Of a DNA stretch of 64,000 nt, positions 54,621 through 64,000 are shown piece by piece (positions within the stretch are counted from its first letter, which is position 1; each line of letters opens with the position of its first letter). A program made the position numbers and the translations under genes. This DNA comes from Lama glama (lineage: Eukaryota): NCBI GenBank assembly GCA_028534125.1, contig CM052818.1:33792001-33856000 (forward strand), read 5' to 3'. Below the pieces are notes generated by a model. That model saw only the letters and a program-made list of their open reading frames with translations, searched no databases and was not told the DNA's origin.

Positions 54621-57600
54621 GGGTAGCAAGATCCCAGCTAGCAGGTTTCCTATTACTGCTGTTAGTTCTTTAGTCCCTAGGGAAATCATAGAGCCAAGAG
54701 ATTACAAATGTGAGGCCATTCATTACTCCGAATGTGAGCCTCAGTTAAGAACTTTTGCTCTTGTGGTGACTACAAGAAGCGGCAGGATTTTTCTAAGCAA
54801 TACTCTGGTTTTCTTGGGCCAATATGTCAATTCTCAGGAGCCAGGAGAGCAAAGGAGTTCTCTTATTAAAGTATTTTGAGGAATCCCTAAGAATGGGTCA
54901 GTGTGCCACAGATCCTCCCTAGAAATTACTATCGCTTTTGCCAGCTATCCCTGCTCCAAACCGCTGCAGCTCTTGAACTTTGCTTGCACCTCGTTTAGGC
55001 TCTCCACATGGCCCGTCCCAGGGGACATAGTTCTCCTCACTTGATCCCCCAAAGCATAGCTCAGTCCAGGCTATTTAACAAAACAGAGGCAGACACATTA
55101 CAGAGAGTAGCCCATAACTGCCACTAGAAGTGGCTATTCTTCAGATTCCCAGTAAGGCAGAGCCAGCTCAGCCTACCCACTATCTCCACAGGAAACTCCA
55201 GCGTGTGCCACATCTTGAAGTCTTAATGCCAGCAACAGGCATGAGTCCAAAGAGAATCTTTTTCCAGTTCAAAGCCTGCTTATTTTCATTCTAGAGCAAC
55301 TAAATGAAGGACTATCATTTTCCTGAGAGGGAAAAACACCTCCACCTTGGCCTGGTTGCTGCAATCCCAGAAATCATGGGCACTTTCTGGGCTTCAGATA
55401 ATTTGGCTCTATGTAACACCACTTTGTGAGACACCAGCTGTTCAGATCAGTCTGTCCTCCTGTGTGAGGTGTGGAGATAAGATTGGCACATTCCTCAGGG
55501 AGGCTCCAGTTTTGTGATCACCTGTGAGCAAACACTTGGATAAAGATATACGTAGGTCTCCTAACAACAACAAAATATTTGAAGAAACATTCCAGTCTAT
55601 ATTCTTATTTAGGGGGAAAAACAGATCTCTCTCCCTGCAAGGTCACAATCCTGTCAAAGACACAGTTTATAATACTAGTAAATACATTAACCCCAGAAGC
55701 TCCATATGAAATGTCTGAATTTTGGTTAATGGTCATTTCATGATTTTCTTTAGGATAAACATGGGTATTTGCTTTATGTATATGTTGGGAGCCCATTCTA
55801 GTGACTTCCCTAAGTAAAGGTAGACTGCTTCAAAATGAATTTGCATCTTGCCTTCTAGAAATATAAAGCTGCAACTCTAAAATATAACACTTCTCTGACT
55901 TTATGTTATGAGTATAACAAGGAGTATAGACTGGACCAGAACCTCAGAAATAGACTCCTTCTCTTTTCTAGTAACTTTAAAGTATCTGTATTCCTTCTTT
56001 CTTAGCCCTAAATTTTGCCTCCACTCTTTTTTACCCCCTCCCTGGGCCAATCTGTCATCTTTAATCACACACAGGAAGGGAATAAAGCATAAAAATACTG
56101 AGCTTCCAAAGGCAATCTTTTAGGAATAGTATAATGTCATTAGAAATTGGATATAAAGGAAATATATGAAAAAAACAGATTTAGGAACCCTAGGAAAAGC
56201 CTGGAAGGACTTAGGTTTCAACTTATTACCCTTCTCTCATTCTCTCCTCACTTAACATCTTCCACATGTAGGTTAGGTTTCTCAATCTATGGTCTGTTAC
56301 CCTCTGGGAGTTTTGAATTCTCAAGGCCCTCTGAGACTTCTATGAGAAACTTTGTGCTTTAAGTTTTATGATATAAGCATGTTAGCATCTTCTGGATCAT
56401 CTGGATTATCATTTTACATTTTGGGTTGATCTAGAGGTTATGTTTAAGTTTACAATTTAACTGGTGTCACATACTATTACGAAGTTAGCATTTAACTTAA
56501 AGCAATGTTGCCCAGCCTGGGTGGGGGGAGCGGGGTGTCCCTTAAATCCCTTGGGATCTGCAGGTATGTCTCAGTGATACAAAATTACTCATGCTTGAAA
56601 AATAGTAGTTTAAACCACCTGTTTTCTTCTTTCTCTTATGAGAGGTAACTGGAAAGAAATTCAAGAGGGGCTAATAGAAACAGACAAAAAGGGTTTTAAA
56701 AAATGACAAGTATTTGTTATTTTCAATGTTTGATTAATTTGAGGGACAAGAAAATGTAAGTAATCTAACTTTAATTATAAAAATCTATTATTTTTTGAAA
56801 GAAGGCAACAGTAATACTGGGATATAATTGTGAATATGTATAGGACTTACCAAATGCTGAGAATTAGTTGTTTTCTATGCACAACAAACCAGTTCCATGC
56901 CTTTATCCCTTGTTGTTGAGGAACTTGCTATATATTCTAGAGACCCTTTATTCATTTAGGCCAGCTAAAGTACATATTCAGAAGCTGCTTCTGCTACCAT
57001 GTTTGATTGGTCAGATTTCTGAAGCTCAAGACAGACTCAGGAAAGTCATTCTGTGAATACAATGTTTTAGAGTATTTTTACTTAATTTTTTTTTTTGCTA
57101 TCAAAGCATGAAAACAGCATACTCATAAGTGTAACACAGTGGTTTTGGGGAAAATAGAAATGGAGTAAGGAGAGGATAATCTTCATATTCTTTGCCTCTT
57201 TCCCACCTCTTTTCTTAAGATCCCTTAATATCTTCATTTTTCCTGAGACACCACTGCCCTCCCAGTGCCTTACTTTTTCCTTGAATCATATTTTCTTTCC
57301 CACTTTTTTTCCTCAAGTTTTCTCCCACTTTGTTTCAGGCCATCTCTCTCTCTCTCTCTTTTTTTTTTTTTGTGAACATAATATAATGTTATTTTCATTC
57401 CATATTGACCTTGTATATATGTATATTTAATAAATAGTAGACTTTTGTTTGAGTAATAATACAACATTTATGCAAGCTTGGCATTTTATACTCAGCTCCC
57501 CTTAGCCTTACAGCAATCTGGAAAAGAAGATGCTGTATGTCTGCTTTATAGATGAGGAACTGTTAAATTGAGTCTGAGAGAGAATAAGTAACTTGTGAAA

Positions 57601-57829
57601 AAACCACATAGGTAATATATATCAAAACTCGTGCTTTTTTTTTTTTTTTAACAATGTCATGTTCCATTCTTAGAGGAATAAAGGGGTGAGGGCTGAGTAA
57701 TTTCATGCTCTCTTTACACTGTCTTGGTCAGAGATGGGATCCAGGTTCATGATGACCAACAGGCTTAATTACCATCTTCTACCCTGATAGTCTAATTTAG
57801 GGTCAATATTTTCAATGTTTGTATACCTA

Positions 57830-58860
57830 GTTGTCACCTTAACCCAACCTATCATTTCCTCCCAAAAGTAGCACGTACCTTGCCCCTACCCCCTCCAATA
57901 CACCATTTTCTGTTAACAACTCCACCAATTTTTGTAATTCTGGGTCAAACTTTGGTGACATTTATTCAACAAGTATTTAAATGCTATTGAACACTGTGCT
58001 AGGGATGCTGGAGTATACAATGGTAAGTCTGCCAGAGTTTCCACTTTCCTAAAGGCTTATAGTCTAACAGGAAACAAACAAATGGGGACCGAAACCAGTG
58101 TAGGGATATTAGAGAAGACTTCCTCAAGGACGTAATGATGAAGGTAGCTGGGTGGGAAGGTGTTTTCCATGGGTGAAAGCATAGGAAGAGAAAGCATGGC
58201 TTTGGAGGAACCCAAAGACATATTGCTGAAGCACCGAGTTGTAGAAATGGAGAGAAAATGGGAGAGACATACAAGAACTGGTTCAGGCATGAAGGGTCTA
58301 GTAAACTGTGTTAAGGAATTTGTATTGTCTGAAGAGCAAGAGAAAGCCATGATTAGTTTTGTATTTTAAAATAATCAATCTGCTTAACCTTTGAGAATTT
58401 TCCCTTTCCTTTCCAATTTATTCCTAAATCCTGTCAATTTCTTATTGCCTAATTTGTTCCTTTATCTGTATTCCCAGTGCCACTACCTTAATCCCAGCCC
58501 TTATCATCTAATGCTTAGATGAAGAGCCCTTTAACCAGACTTTTTTCTCTCCAATCTACACTGCACACAAAGACTAGACCAACAGACCCAAAATGCTACA
58601 CCAGGATAACAGTGAAGTCCAAGTTACCCATTTTGGCTCTTAAGACCATCTCTATCCTATCTAACATTACCACTTATATTATCACTTTCCAACGAGGCCA
58701 GCAGCTTCCTCAAAAACCCTCCCAAATGCAGTTTGCTTTCATTCCCGCAACTGCAACCTTGTTAACATTATTTCCTTCTTCCCCTGGCAAAACGCATGCC
58801 TGGGGGATCCTGAGGACGTCAAGCCACAGCTCTCCTACTCTCTTTTGATTTCTTCTCTGA
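57830..58860. mobile_element. L2 fragments (both orientations)
   Basis: tttattcaacaagtattt.., taaactgtgttaaggaatttgta.., decayed L2 text; boundaries approximate. Confidence 0.55.
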
Positions 58861-58989
58861 GTGGGTCACAGATCAAGGTCTTCATTTACTTCTGTCAAAA
58901 ACACTCTCACATCCTACTCGCACAGGCCTCACAAGGCCTGGCCAGGTACTTCATCAGCTCAGAACAAATATTAGTCAACTTTAACTGAA

Positions 58990-59950
58990 CCGTATCGGGC
59001 GGGGTTTGCGGTATCTGAAGGCGCGGTGGTGAGAGGGAGCTGACACGCTGGAGGATAGACCGGAAGCGCCAGGTCCCACACAAAAGAGCTTCAGACAAAA
59101 CGCGAGAGGCCGGGGTAGCGGAGCGGAGGCGAGGGACAGCTGAACAGAGGTACAAGGTACAAGAAACTTGCTGGGCCGCCGGGAGCCGGCCGCGGCCGTT
59201 GGTGGGCGTGACCGCGCCAATCTCGCGGGAGCGACGGTTGGGCGGGCCGTTGTCCCCGCAGGCGGGGCGAGTTGCTAAGGAAATGACTGACTACAGCGCT
59301 GCGCGGCGCCGCGCCGCGCCGGCCGGGCGGGGTCTGAAGCGGCGCCGTTTCCGCTTCCGCTCGCTCTGCTCCCGTCCCGTTACCGCCTCCTGGCCCGCCT
59401 CGCGCCTTGCACCGGCACCTTGCGTCGGCCGCGCAGCCCGGCCCGCTCCTGCCACGCGCGCCCCCGGGGCTCTGGCTCCGGCGCCGGCACGGGTCGCGCC
59501 TCGCTCACCTGCCCCTGAGGCTACCGGCCAGCCGCCGCCATGGGTGCCTACCTCTCCCAGCCCAACACGGTGAAGTGCTCCGGGGATGGGGTCGGCGCCT
59601 CGCGCCTGCCGCTGCCCTACGGCTTCTCCGCCATGCAAGGCTGGCGCGTTTCCATGGAGGTGAGGCGGGAGCGGCCCTTAGGGTGGCCGCTGCAGGGCGG
59701 GAACCCGACGGAGAAAGGGAGCGGGGGGATGGGGTCATCCCCGGGGAAGGGTCCGAATCGAGAGCCTGCGGCTGCAACGACAGTTTGAAAGACGACAGCG
59801 AGAGCGGGGCGTGGGGCGGGGGGAGAGGGAGCTGCCGGTGCTAGGGGACCGTGTGCCAGTGGCCAGCTTGGCGGGGAGGGCTGGGCCATGTGGGGAGAGG
59901 CACCTTCCGCCCACTGACCGACCTCCCCGTGCCTTCGCGCCATTCTCTTG
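58990..59950. promoter_or_regulatory. PPM1G CpG-island promoter
   Basis: CpG-dense. ETS core CCGGAAG near 59060, CCAAT 59217-59221, TCTCGCGGGA 59221-59230, GC boxes, X-box-like GTTGCTAAGGAAAT 59271-59284. Confidence 0.85.
59540..59659 (+). CDS. PPM1G: Protein phosphatase 1G (PP2C-gamma), first coding exon; the rest lies beyond the window
   Basis: Strong Kozak gccgccgcc[44 protein letters not shown] then donor GAG|GTGAGG. Contains the PP2C motif [11 protein letters not shown] and a myristoylation-type MGAYLS start. Confidence 0.97.
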
Positions 59951-62900
59951 TACCATCCCAGCCCTCCAGGCTCATAAACGGTGTGAGGTTTAGTGTGGGA
60001 GTATGAAAAGAGGGACTGTTTACCCAGTTATTTGGCTAGAAAGAGACGAATAGGTGTGAATGACTGTACTTTTTTTTTTTAATATATGATGTGCGAGGTC
60101 TCTGGGCAAGGAGTTTGACAGTGAAAGGAAGCCCGGACATACAGATTGTTAATACCTAGTTGCCTGGCCGTGGGCACTGCATGTTAATTTCAGAGGTTTG
60201 ACATGACCTCCAAGAATTGTCACTAGTTTGTATTCTCTCAGGGCCTTTTTACGGCCTTTGGAAAATACGAATTGTGTCAATTATTATAATTACATCTTTA
60301 TTTTGATTTTTTTCCCACTCGGGATTTCTCTAAAACTTAGTAATTGTCATTTGCCTGTGCTTGTTGTAGTTTATAGTTTTCTTGATTTTCAGTCATTTAT
60401 CCACTTTTTTGGGGGATCTTAACGTACAGAGAACTGATTTTTCTTTTATAGTAAAATTCACTATGTATAAAGGGAAAATGGAAAAATTCTGGATGAAAAG
60501 GAATAGTATTGGGCAAACGGATGTGAAACTACAAAGGAGAACAGAGAAAACTATGATGGGAAGGAAAGGGAGAAAGACATATGTAAGGCGTGTTTTTGTG
60601 AAGAGTATTGTGAGATCTAGGCAGAGGAACCAGGGAAATGCTCTAATTATGGCTGGGATTGAGGGTTTATTCACTTACTAGGTGGGCTTCAGGTAACAGC
60701 CAAATACTATCTCCCTTGAGAATTTCTCCAAATCCCTCACTCCTCCGTGTGGTTAGCTCTGGAATGACAGTATAAACTTAAATGGTTTGTCCTCAGACTC
60801 AGATTTCATACCCACAGCAGACTTTTATCATTAGATGTAAAATTTCAAGAATGGAGAAGATCCTATAGTTCATCTCACCCAAGTTTGGCTCCCAAGTTTT
60901 ACATCTCAGAAATTGAGGCCTGGAGGGGTTAGGATACTTGTGACTTGGAAAGAATCTGTAGGATGAAAATTGTTCAAGACACATGTTGGACACTCTTCTC
61001 ATCTGTGTCAACCTGAGGTGAAGCATCCATATTTCACTGTGGTGTCCAGTATAGAGCTTACTGGGTGCTTGGTAAATGTGATGTCTGACTGGGAGGAATA
61101 TCTGGATATAGCTTCCTAAGGAATGCCATAATGTAAGGCTGGGGTTTGGTTTTTTTGGTAATTTAGAGATTCCATTTCTATGGCATTTTCTGTTAATGTT
61201 GTAAGATTTGAGGTGACTGTCTCATCTCACAGTAAGGCTTTTCCTTTAGGTTTCTCATTCCATGTTTTCCACTTTCCTCTGCTGTGGTTTTTCTATTTTA
61301 TTCCCCCATTTCTTTGGTAATCTTTCTAGTTTTCTTTATGAATTGAGTTGCCTGGATATTCAGTTTTTCAAGTCGTCGTTTGCTCAGTGATTCTGTGCTG
61401 TTTGCTTCTTGTCTGCAGGACACTTCTCTTTATTTTTGGTTTTTCCTCTGGTAATTAGAACATGATTGTTTTCATCAAGGGCTGTTTGGTTTGTACAGCT
61501 CTTGCTAGGCTATTTCTTAGATCCTTATCTTTCTCCTGAGAGATAACCACTTAGGGTTTTAAAATCTTATGTGGACTCTGAATTTACTTTTGTTTGAATA
61601 GTTAAATGTACCTAATCAAATCCTCTTGAAGTCTTGTTTGGGATCCTGTTCTGCTGCGCAAATACTTTTCCTTCTGGCTTTGTTTCCTTTCTCCCTAAAG
61701 TATAACAGTTTATTTCCTATGGCAAGAAAATAACTGACTTCTAGCTCTTGAGTGAATCTTATCTTTTCAGAAAATGTACTCCTGTTCCTCTTAACCTTTA
61801 GGGCTTTAATTCCACCAATTTATTAATTTTATTGACCTTATTTGCTTGATACTAATGATTCAGTTGAGGTAAGTTTATCATGCTGGTACACATTATAAAG
61901 GCTGCTAAAATCCTGACTGATGCATATATTCAGCCTTAGAGAGCACTGTTTTATCCCTTCTCTTGAGGCAAGGGTGACAACTATCAATAGCTGGCATTTT
62001 ATACTTTATGCCTCTCCAGCCCCTCTTGCTGTGGAACCTCAGGGTGTTTTGAGGAGGGGTAATCAAAATTCCACAGTTGATGTTCCCTTCTCTTCCTTCT
62101 CCATAATTTGGAGGGACCCTCAAGCTGGTTGAGGTATATATTTTGGGGGTTAACAGGTAGGTTGTGGGAGGGTGCCTGAGAAATACATATGGAAAGGCTC
62201 TAAGATTTTGGTGGCTAATGAGAAGTCCAATTTGAAAACAGTTTTAGTTGATGTAGTAAAGGGACTAGGGTACTTTTAGTTTTTGATTATGAGGTTCTAT
62301 GGAAGTGCTTCCTATGAGGAGTTAGGATTTTTTTCTATAAAGGTTTCTTTTTTTTGTATATTTGTCCCTTTTTAAAGGCAGCATCAATACCTAGAGTAAT
62401 TTTGAGTAGGCTAGCTGTTTATTGCCATATAGAAGCTTGCTTATGAATGGTCAGAGGGTCATCTAGAATTAAGTATGGATAATGCTGAGCAGAAAGTTCT
62501 TAAGATATATGCATGACAGTTTCAATCATTATATTAATAGGGGAAATAGAAAATGAGGTATCACAAACGTGCTGTGGGGTTCCACTTGAGACAGGGCATC
62601 CGAGGCTGAAGAGCATGTATTGTCTGATCCTCAGGTTAGTGTCTTATCTCTGTAGCTTAAAGAACTTTTTACTTGCTGAACCAGATCAGAAATCCTTTGT
62701 CTAGGATGTAGTTAAGCAACTTTCATAAAAGGATATCATTTGATTAGCATGCAGTATCTATTTTTCACAGTTCAAAGGTAGTATGAAATGATATCAAATG
62801 TATGTCCATGAGTATGGAGAAATTGTTTTCTACTGTACTACTCCTTTATAAGTTTTCAAGGAGTTACAATCAGAACTTATTTCTCAAGATTTCAAGAATA

Positions 62901-63269
62901 TTTTACTTAAATTATTTCCATTGCTCAATCCCCTAGCAGTTGTTAATGCTACTTCTCAACCTCTGACCCTCTGTTGGGTTATCATCTTGGAATTGTACTT
63001 TGGGAAGTAAGGGCTTGAATCTGAGTGTAGAAGTTTAACTTTAATTTATCAGTAGTTCTTGCCATTGTTAGCTGCCATCAAAATTGTGCTGTCTGGAGGC
63101 ACAAATCTTTAGAACTGATCTTAGAGAATCACTGATGTTTAATGACACACTATAAACTGAATACCAATTCCAGTGGAGATGTTTTCTGTTTACCTCTAGA
63201 TCTAGTTGCAAGATGGGTTATTACCAACTTTTAATCGTATATAGTAATTAAAAATGTATATACATATCC

Positions 63270-64000
63270 CTTTGAAAACAACTTTATTGAGATATAATTC
63301 ACATACCATATCCATTTAAAGTGTACATTGTAGTCTTTAACATATTCAGAGTTGTGCAGCCATCACCACTATCAATTTTAGAATATTTTCATCACCCTCA
63401 AAAGAAACCTTGTAACTATTACCAGTCATTCCCTATACCCGCTCCTCTAACCCTGGCTACCACTCATTTACGTTATATCTCTATGGATTTGTCTATTCTG
63501 AACATTTCGTTAAAATATGTCACCTTTTATATCTGACTGCTTTTACTAAGCATAATATTTTTAAGGGTCATCCATGTTGTATCTTGAGTCAATCAGTACC
63601 TCATTCCTTTTTATGGCTAAATAATATTTCATTATCAACCAGTACTTCATACCCTTTTATGGCTGAATCATATTCCATTGTATGCACATTTTGTTTATTC
63701 ATTCATCATCTGATGATGTTTGGATTTCCATATTTTAGCTATTATGAATAATGATATTATGAATATTCATGTTCAAGTCTTTGTGTGGAAAGTTTTTATT
63801 TCTCTTGAGTATATACCTGAGAGTAGAATTGCTGGGTCATTTAGTGACTCCATGTTTAACATTTTGAGGAACTGCCTATTTTCCATAGTGGTTGCAAAGT
63901 GCTAAGTGTTGTTGTTTGTTTGTTTAGTATATTCTGGACATAAGTCCCTTATCAGATGTGATTTTGCAAATATTTTCTCCCATTCTGGGGGCTGCCTTTT
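63270..64000 (-). mobile_element. L1 (L1MB/MC-type) 3' end in PPM1G intron 1, running off the window
   Basis: aactttattgagatataattcacataccata..ttgtgcagccatcaccactatc..gagtagaattgctgggtcat. Confidence 0.88.

Overview
Mammalian genomic DNA, probably camelid, judging by two vic-1-like tRNA-derived SINEs. It carries the conserved IFT172 - KRTCAP3 - NRBP1 - PPM1G gene cluster. IFT172 (+) has coding exons 2-48 at 2140-32701; exon 1 lies upstream of the window. KRTCAP3 (-) is complete (240 aa) and NRBP1 (-) is complete (535 aa). Only the first coding exon of PPM1G (+) is present. All exon chains were traced by hand and stay in frame. Introns and the NRBP1-PPM1G interval contain L1, L2, MIR, hAT MITE and MaLR relics plus two 500-N gaps. 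I found no convincing undescribed system. The most notable details are a 24-nt NRBP1 micro-exon with SRRM4/RBFOX-type flanking motifs, a GC-AG intron in IFT172, very tight packing of gene ends, a KRTCAP3 3'UTR intron, a possible substitution cluster in the IFT172 C-terminus, and evidence that one 500-N gap is really about 1 bp. Comparisons with human proteins and repeat family names are from memory, not from searches.
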